DNA from: Alphaproteobacteria bacterium
GTDB taxonomy: Bacteria; Pseudomonadota; Alphaproteobacteria; SMXQ01
Length of the DNA stretch: 64,000 nt
Direction of reading: 5' to 3'
Assembly: GCA_033720855.1 (NCBI GenBank)
Contig: JAWWBR010000003.1
Coordinates: 3,614-67,613, forward strand
The translations under genes were made by a program, and so were the position numbers. The notes below the pieces were generated by a model, which ran no database searches, had not been told where the DNA came from, and saw nothing but the letters and a program-made list of their open reading frames with translations. Below, in pieces: positions 41,423 through 50,821 of this stretch (positions are counted from its first letter, which is position 1; the number at the start of each line of letters is the position of its first letter).

Positions 41423-42040
41423 TTACGTAAACAACAGCAGCCCGAACAGGACCAGCCAGACGACGAAAAGGAAGTGCCAATAGATGGCACACAAATCGAT
41501 GCTTTGCCTCATATCCTCCAGAGCGGTACCGCGATACATCTTGACGAGGGCCCGGCCCAGGGCAAACAAGCCCCCCAACACGTGCAACCCGTGAAGCGCG
41601 GTCAGCACGTAGAAAAAGGCATTGGCGGCATTAGAAGCGGCGAAATAGCCCAGCCCGATCAATTCCTGCCAAACCAAAACCTGGCCGAACAGGAAGGCAA
41701 GGGAGAACCCGCCACCGGTCAAGAGGCCTATCCTGGCATCATCGGCGCGCCCGCGACGGGCCGAAACCGTCGCCCAATGCAGGGCCGCGCTGCCGAAAAC
41801 CAGCATAAGGGTATTGGGCCAGAGCAGCCAGGGCTCCGGCATGGCTTTCCAGTCGGAAAACACCATACGGTCGCTGTAGGAAATGATGAAGAGGGAGAAC
41901 AGGACCGTCGCCACCAACATGATGATGCGGAGCCCGAGGGTTGCCTTGGGCACCACGGCGATATCGTTGCCCGGCGCGGGATCGGTCTCCCCACCCGCGT
42001 CGAGCCAGGGTTTCTGCATCAATTCCCGAAAGAAATTCAC
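41423..42040 (-). CDS. heme-copper oxidase subunit III (CoxO-like)
   Basis: 205 aa subunit-III family (LHGLHVLGG, YWHFLF); start overlaps the subunit I stop (ATGA). Confidence 0.75.
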   Translation of the reverse strand: MNFFRELMQKPWLDAGGETDPAPGNDIAVVPKATLGLRIIMLVATVLFSLFIISYSDRMVFSDWKAMPEPWLLWPNTLMLVFGSAALHWATVSARRGRADDARIGLLTGGGFSLAFLFGQVLVWQELIGLGYFAASNAANAFFYVLTALHGLHVLGGLFALGRALVKMYRGTALEDMRQSIDLCAIYWHFLFVVWLVLFGLLLFT

Positions 42041-43833
42041 GTCTGATGGGCCTCCTGCCCGCTCGCGGCGGCACCCGAACTCGGCGTGTTCTGTGGGATG
42101 AAGTCGTCGGGCGCGCCGGGAACGCCGTAATCATAGGCCCAACGGTACACCACCGGCAGCTCTGCACCGAAATTGCCGTGCCCCGGCGGCATTCCGGAGG
42201 CCTGCCATTCCAGCGATGCCGCCTTCCACGGATTCTTTTCCGCCACCTTGCCGTGCCTCATGCTCCACATGATGTTGAAGAGGAACAGCATCTGAGCGGC
42301 GCCGACCAATAGCGCCACCACGGTGATAAAGGCATTCAGATCGTGCGCCGAAGCGGGAATGAAGCTGGTCTCTCCCATTTCGAAGTACCGCCGCGGCACC
42401 CCGAGCAGACCGAGGTAGTGGATCGGCAGGAAGATCGCGTAAGCGCCGATGAAGGTGATCCAGAAATGAATCTGCCCCATTGTCTCATCGAGCATCCGGC
42501 CGGTCATCAAGGGATACCAATGGTAGATGGCACCGAAGACCACGAGGATCGGCGCGACGCCCATCACCATGTGGAAATGGGCCACAACGAACATGGTGTC
42601 GGAGAGCGGCACGTCGACCACGACGTTGCCCAGGAACAAACCGGTGATGCCGCCGTTCACGAAGGTGACGATGAAAGCCAGCGCGAACAGCATCGGCAAG
42701 GTCAGGTTGATGTTTGCCCGCCACAATGTCAGCGTCCAGTTGTAGACCTTGAGCGCCGTGGGCACCGCGATGATCAGGGTCGTGGTGGCGAAAAAGAAGC
42801 CGAACCAGGGGTTCATGCCGCTGACATACATATGGTGGGCCCAGACGATGAAGCTGAGCGCGCCGATGATCACGATCGCCCAGACCATCATCCGATACCC
42901 GAAAATATGCCGTCGCGCGTGGACGCTCAAGAGATCGGAGACGATGCCGAAGGCCGGCAGGGCAACGATGTAGACCTCGGGATGACCGAAGAACCAGAAC
43001 AGATGCTGGAACAGGATCGGGCTGCCGCCGCCGTAGCTCAGCTGTTCCCCGGCCTGAATAATCGTCGGCATGAAGAAGCTGGTGCCGAGTATCCGGTCCA
43101 GCGTCATCATCACCGCGCCCACGAACAGCGCGGGGAACGCCAGCAGGGCCAGGATGGTGGCGACGAAGATGCCCCAAATGGTCAGAGGCAGGCGCATCAA
43201 CGTCATCCCCCGGGTCCGGGCCTGCAGCACCGTGACAACGTAATTGAGGCCGCCCATGGTAAAACCGATGATGAACAGCGCCAGCGATATCAGCATCAGA
43301 ATGATGCCGCCTCCGGCCCCGGGATCCGCTCCCGGGGTGCCCGGCAGGATCGCCTGAGGCGGATAGAGGGTCCAGCCGGCGCCGGTCGGACCGCCGGGCA
43401 CGAACATGCTGGCGACGAGAATGCCGACGGCCGCCAGATAGACCCAGAAGCTCAACATATTGACGTAGGGGAACACCATGTCCCTGGCACCGACCATCAG
43501 CGGGATCAGGTAATTTCCGAACCCTCCCAGGAATAAGGCCGTCAACAGATAGATCACCATGATCATGCCGTGCATGGTGATAAACTGGTAATAGTCGGTT
43601 GCATCGATGAACGCGAAGCTCTCTGGGAAACCGAGCTGCAGTCGCATCAGCCAAGACATCATCAGCCCGACCAATCCAATGGCAATCGCCGTGCTGGAGT
43701 ATTGGATGGCGATCACCTTGGCATCCTGGGAAAAGACGTATTTGGTCCACCAGCTCTTGGCGTGGTAGAGCTCGACGTCTTCGACCTCTGCGGCCGGAAT
43801 TTGATCGGTTGTGGTTGGTGTGATATCGGCCAT
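42037..43833 (-). CDS. cytochrome c oxidase subunit I
   Basis: 598 aa, 12+ TM, His ligands (WAHHMY, HFHMV), classic COX1. Confidence 0.9.
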   Translation of the reverse strand: MADITPTTTDQIPAAEVEDVELYHAKSWWTKYVFSQDAKVIAIQYSSTAIAIGLVGLMMSWLMRLQLGFPESFAFIDATDYYQFITMHGMIMVIYLLTALFLGGFGNYLIPLMVGARDMVFPYVNMLSFWVYLAAVGILVASMFVPGGPTGAGWTLYPPQAILPGTPGADPGAGGGIILMLISLALFIIGFTMGGLNYVVTVLQARTRGMTLMRLPLTIWGIFVATILALLAFPALFVGAVMMTLDRILGTSFFMPTIIQAGEQLSYGGGSPILFQHLFWFFGHPEVYIVALPAFGIVSDLLSVHARRHIFGYRMMVWAIVIIGALSFIVWAHHMYVSGMNPWFGFFFATTTLIIAVPTALKVYNWTLTLWRANINLTLPMLFALAFIVTFVNGGITGLFLGNVVVDVPLSDTMFVVAHFHMVMGVAPILVVFGAIYHWYPLMTGRMLDETMGQIHFWITFIGAYAIFLPIHYLGLLGVPRRYFEMGETSFIPASAHDLNAFITVVALLVGAAQMLFLFNIMWSMRHGKVAEKNPWKAASLEWQASGMPPGHGNFGAELPVVYRWAYDYGVPGAPDDFIPQNTPSSGAAASGQEAHQT

Positions 43834-43916
43834 TACGAAGCCCTCTTCACTCTCTCGTCAAAATCTATGTCTCGCCGTCGATCTGGCGTCCGGTTCTCGG
43901 CTGCTGCCGCCTATGG

Positions 43917-44777
43917 TTACTTCGACCCCTCGGCCGCAGCCAAACTCGATTCCTTCTCCGATTGCAGTTCCGCCTCACGGACGAACTGCGCGAAAGTCTT
44001 TTGCTTGGCAAGCCACGCCTGATAGTCGCTCGCGCTGTCGACCACGACCTTGCCGCGCATCGCATGATGGCCGACTCCGCACAGCTCGAAGCAGAGAATA
44101 TCGAACTTACCCGTGCGCGTGGGCTTGAGCCAGAAATAGGTCACCATCCCGGGCACCATGTCCATCTTGGCGCGGAATTCCGGCACATAGAAATCGTGCA
44201 GGACGTCGAGCGACCGCAGCAGGACCTTGACTGGCCTGTCGATGGGGACATGAAGATCGTCGCCGGAAATGAGGAGATCGTCCTGTCCGTTGGGGTCCTT
44301 GGGATTGATGCCAAAGGGGTTCTTATCGTTGACGAACTTGACAGCGGTCGTTCCCAGGGTCCCGTCCTTGCCGGGGAGGCGAAAACTCCACTGCCATTGC
44401 TGCCCCATAACCTCGAACTGATCGGCATCCTCAGGCACGGTGACGTACTGATTCCATACGAACAGGCCAGGGGTCAGCATGCCGATGACGCCCAGGGTCG
44501 TTAGAGACGTCAGCCACCATTCGAGTTTCTTGTTTTCGGGATTGTATTCGGAGCGGCGCCCTTCCTTATGGGAAAAGCGCAATATGCAGTAAGCCGAGAA
44601 TACGATGACGGCGACAAACACGACGCCGGTGATCCAGAAGGTGAGAATTATGGTGTCGTCAATGTATCCCCAGTTGGACGCTATTGGCGTGAACCACCAT
44701 GGGCTCCAGAAGTGAAACGCGACCGTGCCGGCGGCCACCAGAAAAAGCATTAGCGCTACGAAGAATCCTTTGTTCAT
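43917..44777 (-). CDS. cytochrome c oxidase subunit II (CuA, no heme c)
   Basis: Two N-terminal TM helices plus cupredoxin domain with CuA motif H...CFELCGVGHHAM. No CXXCH, so an aa3-type cytochrome c oxidase rather than caa3 or a quinol oxidase. Confidence 0.9.
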   Translation of the reverse strand: MNKGFFVALMLFLVAAGTVAFHFWSPWWFTPIASNWGYIDDTIILTFWITGVVFVAVIVFSAYCILRFSHKEGRRSEYNPENKKLEWWLTSLTTLGVIGMLTPGLFVWNQYVTVPEDADQFEVMGQQWQWSFRLPGKDGTLGTTAVKFVNDKNPFGINPKDPNGQDDLLISGDDLHVPIDRPVKVLLRSLDVLHDFYVPEFRAKMDMVPGMVTYFWLKPTRTGKFDILCFELCGVGHHAMRGKVVVDSASDYQAWLAKQKTFAQFVREAELQSEKESSLAAAEGSK

Positions 44778-45307
44778 CCTTTACCTCTACAAGCCCTGGG
44801 CAAGCATCGCAACGGCGGACGTTTCAATGCGCCCCGATCCTGCACCGTTTCGAAAAACGCAGCCCGCAACACGGATGAGCGGACATGCCCCCTGACGGTA
44901 TCGCCAGCGTTCGCATGACACAAAAAAGTCCTACCCCGAAAAATGAAGAAACCGCCCCCACAAACCCCACTGCCGAGCCCATCGATAGGCTGCTCAACTT
45001 CTCGCTCCCCGTCCTGCGAAACATTCATCGCGACCCGCACGCAGCCGCGGATTGGTCGGGGCGAATTCAACGCCCACGGTCCGCGTCTAAACGCACGTTG
45101 GGTCATGGAATTAACATACCGAAACCATGATTGCGAGGAATTTTCGAAAACCTGACACACCCGCGAAAATGTCGTCGATTTGCGCCTCCATCGGCTGGCC
45201 TCACGGGCCTGGAGGAGAACATCGCAAGCCCGAGATCCGCCCCAGTTCGAAAGACCACGCATGGTTTGTGTGTACAGGTACCCCAGAATGAGAGAGAATA
45301 TTTTTAA

Positions 45308-45319
45308 CGATCGATCGTA
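45308..45319. promoter_or_regulatory. perfect 12-bp palindrome ACGATCGATCGT in an AT-rich patch of the cox / DUF2189 intergenic region
   Basis: Self-complementary 12-mer read directly from the sequence; the local A+T content is much higher than the window average. Confidence 0.3.
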
Positions 45320-45480
45320 TCACCAACGATAATCGACTGAAAAAAACAGTCATATCTGAGAGGCGAATTATTCGGGCTAAAAAACAAAGCTTACGGTCGA
45401 ACATCTCTCGCGGACATGCCGGTCTGCGGTATTTGGCTGTTGAGAACTGGCTCGAGTCCGAAAACTGAGGAGGCGAAACC

Positions 45481-46281
45481 GTGTCCAATGATAAGGCGTT
45501 TGCCGATCGCGCTACCGTCGACGTGCCCAGCGACGAACCAAAGGTCCGCAAGATCGGCATCCATGACCTGATCGATGTTTTGGCCAAAGGTTTCGACGAT
45601 TTCAAGGCTAAGCCCAGTCATCTTGTCTTGTGCGTCATGATTTACCCCGTGGTGGTTTTCGTCATCGCCAAGATCGACGCGGGGCATGAGATCCTCCCGC
45701 TGATCTGGCCGCTATTCTCGGGGGTTGCACTGGTGGGGCCCCTGCTCGCCATGGGGCTTTACGAAATGAGCCGTCGGCGTGAGCAGGGATTGGAGGTGTC
45801 CTTGAAGGATGGGTTCCGGGTTTTGCGCTCACCCTCTCTCGGCGCCATCCTGATCCTCAGCTTGGTGATGATCGCGATCTTCCTGGCTTGGCTGCGGACG
45901 GCGCTGGCAATTTACGACTGGGTCTTCAGCGGCGGCGAAGCGGTGGAGATCGGCGATTTCATTCAACAGGTCCTCTACACGGCCAAAGGCACGGAATTGA
46001 TCATCATCGGCACGGCTGTCGGTTTCGGCTTTGCCGTAATGGTGTTGTGCCTCAGCGCGGTGTCCTTTCCCCTGTTGCTGGACCGCAAGGTCGGCGCCCT
46101 GACCGCGGCCAAAACCTCGGTCCGCGTGGTCCTCGCCAACCCCGTCACCATGGCGGTCTGGGGTATCATCATCGCGGCGCTGTTACTGGTCGGATCTTTG
46201 CCGCTATTCGTCGGACTGGCCGTGGCCATACCCGTGCTCGGTCATTCGACTTGGCACCTTTACCGCAAGACCGTCGAGTAA
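45481..46281 (+). CDS. integral membrane protein, DUF2189-like
   Basis: 266 aa, GTG start with GAGGAGG RBS, ~5 TM helices; this family is typically encoded next to cytochrome oxidase operons. Confidence 0.45.
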   Translation: MSNDKAFADRATVDVPSDEPKVRKIGIHDLIDVLAKGFDDFKAKPSHLVLCVMIYPVVVFVIAKIDAGHEILPLIWPLFSGVALVGPLLAMGLYEMSRRREQGLEVSLKDGFRVLRSPSLGAILILSLVMIAIFLAWLRTALAIYDWVFSGGEAVEIGDFIQQVLYTAKGTELIIIGTAVGFGFAVMVLCLSAVSFPLLLDRKVGALTAAKTSVRVVLANPVTMAVWGIIIAALLLVGSLPLFVGLAVAIPVLGHSTWHLYRKTVE

Positions 46282-46284
46282 GCT

Positions 46285-47487
46285 CTAAGCGACACCTTGA
46301 ACCTGGGATTGCCAGGAAATCCCTCCCAGCCCCGGCAGATTTGGGGTTCGCCCTGCAACTTCCAGCACCCTGGGGTGGTCGAGAACGGCCATGCGCTCGC
46401 CATCGTGGACCTTGCGGCCACCGATGGTCAGGGTACCGCCGCGAATTTCGCAAGCCGTATGCAGGTTGTAGGGGAAATCCTTGTCGCGCCCCCCCTGCCC
46501 CAAATGGATGTGCAGACTAGAGGGATGGAAAGAGGCGATGAATTCGCGGTAGTCCTCGTCGGCACATTCCGACGGTGAGATCAAGGCAGAGGGGTGCACG
46601 CCGCCGTGCGGTGCCCGCATCTCATAGGCATGATCCTCGCCGATGGAGTTGGCGAGCGCCGCCAGGAAAGCGCGCAGGGTGTCGGCCTCTGCACCCCCTT
46701 CGACCTTGACTATATGGGTGTCCTTCACCGTGACCGTGACCGGTTCGCTGAAATGTGGCGGCACCCCGATGTTATGGGCCCAGACGGGCATCATGCGGTC
46801 GAAAATGTAAATTCCCTCGCAGTCCACCGGGTTGACGGCGGGATATATGCCATCGGGAAAGGGGCGGTAGAAGCCGTCCCGGCGCCAATACACATAGGTG
46901 GGCCGGGTCTTCGGGCCGGGACCGACTTTGCCCGTCAGGTGGGTCCCGTTGGGATGAGTCAGCTCCCATGGCTCGCCGGCGACGACCAGCTCCCCCATGC
47001 GGTAGCGGATTTCGGCAATCAGGTCATGGGGGGTACGCGCCCAATCGGTCATCAACAGCGATGCCGTCGTCGCCATGTTGCGGACCATGGGCAATTCGTA
47101 CTCGCGCAATGTTTCCGGCAGTTCCTTCAGATGCTCTTCGGAGGACAGATCGAATACATGGCTGATCAGGATATCCGCTTCTTTCATGGCCGCCTTGACA
47201 TCGCCCGGGATGCGCCAAACCGTCTCCCTGGTGGCGATGTCGGGCCAGATCAGCTGCGGTCTGTCCGGCATATCCACCCACATCACCTTGGCGTCCGCGC
47301 CACGCTTGCGAACGCCGTCCGCAATCCACCCGACCGTGGCCTGATCGACGATGTTGGCGCCACCGTTGAGGCCGTCATTGGCGGCCAAGATCAGGACGTT
47401 CTGGCCAGCCTGGATGCAGGCGCAGTTATCCAGAAGATCATTGACCGCGGTGGCGGCCTTGTCCGGGATGTCAGGCAAGTCGTTCAC
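46285..47487 (-). CDS. M29 (aminopeptidase T/AmpS)-like metalloprotein, possibly NicX-like dioxygenase
   Basis: 400 aa; N-terminal AVNDLLDNCACIQAGQNVLILAANDG and C-terminal ...HIVKVEGGAEADTLRAFL... follow the M29 family layout. Catalytic residues not verified. Confidence 0.45.
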   Translation of the reverse strand: MNDLPDIPDKAATAVNDLLDNCACIQAGQNVLILAANDGLNGGANIVDQATVGWIADGVRKRGADAKVMWVDMPDRPQLIWPDIATRETVWRIPGDVKAAMKEADILISHVFDLSSEEHLKELPETLREYELPMVRNMATTASLLMTDWARTPHDLIAEIRYRMGELVVAGEPWELTHPNGTHLTGKVGPGPKTRPTYVYWRRDGFYRPFPDGIYPAVNPVDCEGIYIFDRMMPVWAHNIGVPPHFSEPVTVTVKDTHIVKVEGGAEADTLRAFLAALANSIGEDHAYEMRAPHGGVHPSALISPSECADEDYREFIASFHPSSLHIHLGQGGRDKDFPYNLHTACEIRGGTLTIGGRKVHDGERMAVLDHPRVLEVAGRTPNLPGLGGISWQSQVQGVA

Positions 47488-47556
47488 GGTGTCCTCCCAG
47501 ATCCTAGTCCTTGTCTAGCTATCCCGCCGCCCGCTTCGGAGGCCGCCGCGATCGCA

Positions 47557-48330
47557 TCACCGGCGTGTACGGCCCGCGGTCGCCCCGCCGTCCAAAACGA
47601 TCACGGCACCCGTCAGATAGCCCGCCGCCTCGGACGCCAGATACGACACCATATGGGCGACATCGGCGGTGGTGCCCCGGCGGCCGATGGGGATGTTTTC
47701 GGGTGGGGATTGTTCCTCCGACGCGCTCCCCGGCCGGTGACGGATGGACCCGGGCGCGATGCAGTTGACGGTAATACCGTAGGGTCCCGCCTCCACGGCG
47801 AGGACCTTGGTCAGCATCGCCACCGCCGCCTTCGAGGCCGCATAGGCGCCGCCCGTTGCATAGGGCGAAAGGCCGCTGATGGAGCCGATATTGACGATGG
47901 CGCCACGACCATGCTGTTTCATATAAGGGAGCGCACGTTGACTGCAGAGCATGGTCCCCTCGACATTGACGCGGAAGGTTTCGCGCCATGTACCCGGGTC
48001 GTGGTCTTCGATCAATTCGAGCGGGTGAACGGCGGCGTTATTGCACAGGAGGTCCAATCGGCCAAAGGTTTCAACGGCACTGTCGATGGCATGGCGCGCC
48101 CCGTCTTCGCTGCCGATGTCGGCCTCCACGAAACGCAATCTCCCGGTTTCGTCGCCTGCCGCCGATGCCGCCGAGCACGCACCTCCGTCCCTATCGGCGG
48201 CGACGACCGACATCCCCTCGCCGGCCAAGTGCCGGGCGATGGCATATCCGATGCCGCTGGCGCCTCCGGTGACGACGGCAACACGCGAGGTTTCAGCCAA
48301 TACCACGTCCTCCGGCCCGTCCGCGAACAC
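47557..48330 (-). CDS. short-chain dehydrogenase/reductase (SDR)
   Basis: VAVVTGGASGIGYAIA...NNAA...YAASKAA. Confidence 0.75.
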   Translation of the reverse strand: MFADGPEDVVLAETSRVAVVTGGASGIGYAIARHLAGEGMSVVAADRDGGACSAASAAGDETGRLRFVEADIGSEDGARHAIDSAVETFGRLDLLCNNAAVHPLELIEDHDPGTWRETFRVNVEGTMLCSQRALPYMKQHGRGAIVNIGSISGLSPYATGGAYAASKAAVAMLTKVLAVEAGPYGITVNCIAPGSIRHRPGSASEEQSPPENIPIGRRGTTADVAHMVSYLASEAAGYLTGAVIVLDGGATAGRTRR

Positions 48331-49131
48331 TCAAGCCGCCAGCACCGGCTCGGGTCTTGGCTGACGTTTGTCGATCGAAGGCGGAATAAGGCCCGAGGCC
48401 TCGAAACACCACACGCCGACCTGGTCAGACCAAATGCGGTTGACCTCCTGCCTTTCCCGCATCGCCGCCAAACAGGAATCCTGCTTCTCCCTTGTGTCGG
48501 CAAACTGGTCCAAAAAATCGAGCGGCGCATCTCCATGACCGCCTTCGCCGCCGTCGGCGGCGTCCGCCGAGTCCCAATGCGCCAAAGCCGTTTCGGAAAG
48601 CCCCAGGGAGGCAAAGGTGTCTCGCGAGGTGCGGGCCCGCTCGCCGACGCGCTCGATCATCGCCTTGCCGCGGGCGACCTCGTTGCCGGCGATGGCCGCG
48701 AAGGCTTCGAGCCACGGCTTGGTTCGGCTCACCCAATCGCAGTATGCGATTCGCATCTTGGTGACGGGGGCGCCGGTATAAGCAAGAACAAATTCTCTCT
48801 CGGCACCCAGTTCGTCGACGAAGTCGACCAGGCTCTCGTAGTGGCCGGTGGGGATCGTGGGGTCCTTGACCTCCTCCACGAACATATTTTCGATCAGGTA
48901 TTTGCGCACCTCGAGGTGAGGGCAGTTGCCCGTGATATTGGCCAACCAGCGGGGAAAATTCGCCGCGAACACGCAGTGCTCCAAGCCGTACACCAATGCC
49001 CCTTCACGCGTGAGATGATTGCGCAAAAAATCCTCGAGGATCGTCGGCGTATCCCATCGCATTTCCTGCAAAAGATCGAGAATGGCCTCCCTGAATTGCT
49101 CGGACGTTCGTGTCATCGCACCGTCTCCCAT
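48331..49131 (-). CDS. heme-oxygenase-like fold protein (TenA/PqqC/CADD iron-containing redox enzyme family)
   Basis: 266 aa all-helical protein with E/H-rich segments (GLEHCVF, ENMFVEE, GHYESLVDFVDELG) resembling HO-like diiron enzymes; tentative. Confidence 0.45.
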   Translation of the reverse strand: MGDGAMTRTSEQFREAILDLLQEMRWDTPTILEDFLRNHLTREGALVYGLEHCVFAANFPRWLANITGNCPHLEVRKYLIENMFVEEVKDPTIPTGHYESLVDFVDELGAEREFVLAYTGAPVTKMRIAYCDWVSRTKPWLEAFAAIAGNEVARGKAMIERVGERARTSRDTFASLGLSETALAHWDSADAADGGEGGHGDAPLDFLDQFADTREKQDSCLAAMRERQEVNRIWSDQVGVWCFEASGLIPPSIDKRQPRPEPVLAA

Positions 49132-49318
49132 CCTTTGTTCCCGAGTTTACCGGGCGTTGCCGATCAGGGTACGGCAAGGAGCGGCCACCGCACAACGGTG
49201 TTGGCAATATGGTTGCTGGCACCCAGCCGGATGCGACGCCGGGGGCACCTGGAGCGGTGCGGATATGAGTCGCGACCGCCCCGGTCGGATCGATGAGTGT
49301 TAGGGATTGTGGCGGCGT

Positions 49319-50821
49319 TCAGGCGCTCTGGCGCATCAAAGCCGCCAAAGCCTCTTCCGGCTTCGGGGTCTTCGGCTGGGTGGCCTCGCTCTTGACGAAG
49401 AGGTTGAGCATCGCATCGCGAACGTTGTCCGGCGTGAACTGCGGCGAAATTCCCTCGAACTTACATGCCGACAGCACTTGCGAAACGATGAACTGCGGGT
49501 GGAAATAAGCCAGCGGCGCATCATTGGCCCGAATTTCGTCCAACACCTGCTGATAGATCTCTTCGCTAAGCTCGATGCCTTCCTTATTCGAGACATCCTC
49601 AAACACCTTGCGGAAGAGTTCCTCCGAAGGCTCCACGGTCTCCAGCTTGTACGTGATGCGGCGCAGGAATGCGGGGTCCATCAGGTCGTTGGGATGCATA
49701 TTGGTGGAGAAGATCACCAGTTCGTCGAAGGGAATCTGGAAAGACTTACCGGTGTGCAGATTCAGGTAATCCACCCGATCGTTCAAGGGCATGATCCAGC
49801 GGTTGAGAATGTGCTCCGGCTCCACTCTCTGACGACCGAAATCGTCGATCAGGAAGACGCCGTTCAATGCCTTGATCTGTAACGGCGCCTCATAGAACTT
49901 GGAAATCTCGCTGAACTGGAGGTCGAGCATATCGAGCGTCAACTCTCCCCCGGTCACCACCATCGGCCTGTGACACGGAACCCAGCGCTTGTCCATCACT
50001 TCACGGTGAAGGGTGGGCCGGGAATCCACCCCGGCCGCGGCGTCGCTGATCGGCTTGTGAACACTGGGATCGAAAACCTTGATGATCTGGCCGTCGACCT
50101 CGAAACAATGGGGGATATAGACGACGTTGCGGAACATTTCGGCGATGATCTGTGCGACCGTCGTCTTGCCATTGCCTGCCGGCCCATAAATCAGAATCGC
50201 GGTTCCGGAATTGATCGCCGGCCCGAGGCGATTGATAAAGCGATCCGGGATGACGAGGTGCTTGAAAGCCTCCCGGATGTCATCCAAATTCACCCACTCA
50301 TTGGTAACACGCTGCAGAGCGACGCGCTCCTGATACGCCTCCAGGCTCACCGGCGCCGGGCCGAAATACTGACATTGATCCAGCGATTCGTTGGCCCAGT
50401 CGCGTCCCAGGCTGGTGAGCTGATACCGCATCTCCGAAAACAGGGTGCTCGCCGAATCGGCTTGCCCCACGATTTCGGCCATTTTTCGCTCCACCGCATC
50501 TTGCAGCAGCTCGTTGACCAACGCGTTGGGAAGCCGCATCGCTTCCGACATCTGTGATGGTGTTTCGAAATTCTCCGTGTGCATGCCCTTGATCATGAGC
50601 TGCAGCAACATCATGGGATCAACGTCGATTTCACTGAGATTGCGTGGCGCTTCGGGGGTCTCGCCCAGGACGGCGTTTATATCGTCCTCGCTGATGACGC
50701 CAAGGGCCACGAGACAATCGCCAAAGCGCCCTCCGTTCTCGTGCTGATATTTCAATCCCTGCTCAATATCGGCAGGCGTAACCAAGCCCTTGGCTACCAA
50801 AATGTCGCCCAATAACAGCAT
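49319..50821 (-). CDS. fusion protein: T2SS-E N-terminal (MshEN-like) domain plus CbbX/SpoVK-type AAA+ ATPase
   Basis: The N-terminus has two tandem 24-aa motifs, LLGDILVAKGLVTPADIEQGLKYQ and RFGDCLVALGVISEDDINAVLGET, separated by a 5-aa spacer. The AAA+ part has Walker A ILIYGPAGNGKTTVA, Walker B VFLIDDFG and sensor-2 FLRRITYKLE. Start chosen at the ATG at 50821 with an AAGGAA RBS; alternative at 50920. Confidence 0.65.
   Translation of the reverse strand: MLLLGDILVAKGLVTPADIEQGLKYQHENGGRFGDCLVALGVISEDDINAVLGETPEAPRNLSEIDVDPMMLLQLMIKGMHTENFETPSQMSEAMRLPNALVNELLQDAVERKMAEIVGQADSASTLFSEMRYQLTSLGRDWANESLDQCQYFGPAPVSLEAYQERVALQRVTNEWVNLDDIREAFKHLVIPDRFINRLGPAINSGTAILIYGPAGNGKTTVAQIIAEMFRNVVYIPHCFEVDGQIIKVFDPSVHKPISDAAAGVDSRPTLHREVMDKRWVPCHRPMVVTGGELTLDMLDLQFSEISKFYEAPLQIKALNGVFLIDDFGRQRVEPEHILNRWIMPLNDRVDYLNLHTGKSFQIPFDELVIFSTNMHPNDLMDPAFLRRITYKLETVEPSEELFRKVFEDVSNKEGIELSEEIYQQVLDEIRANDAPLAYFHPQFIVSQVLSACKFEGISPQFTPDNVRDAMLNLFVKSEATQPKTPKPEEALAALMRQSA

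Noticed and set aside
42343-43750. 397-aa (+) and 421-aa (-) ORFs inside the oxidase subunit I gene
   Set aside because: Alternative or antisense frames of a gene with canonical COX1 motifs; compositionally biased translations.
46594-49296. 900-aa ORF on the + strand spanning three minus-strand genes
   Set aside because: Its translation is low-complexity and R/G/D/H/A-rich with no motif. It is exactly antisense to the SDR, HO-like and M29-like genes, which do carry motifs. Open antisense frames of this kind are a standard artefact of ~65% GC genomes.
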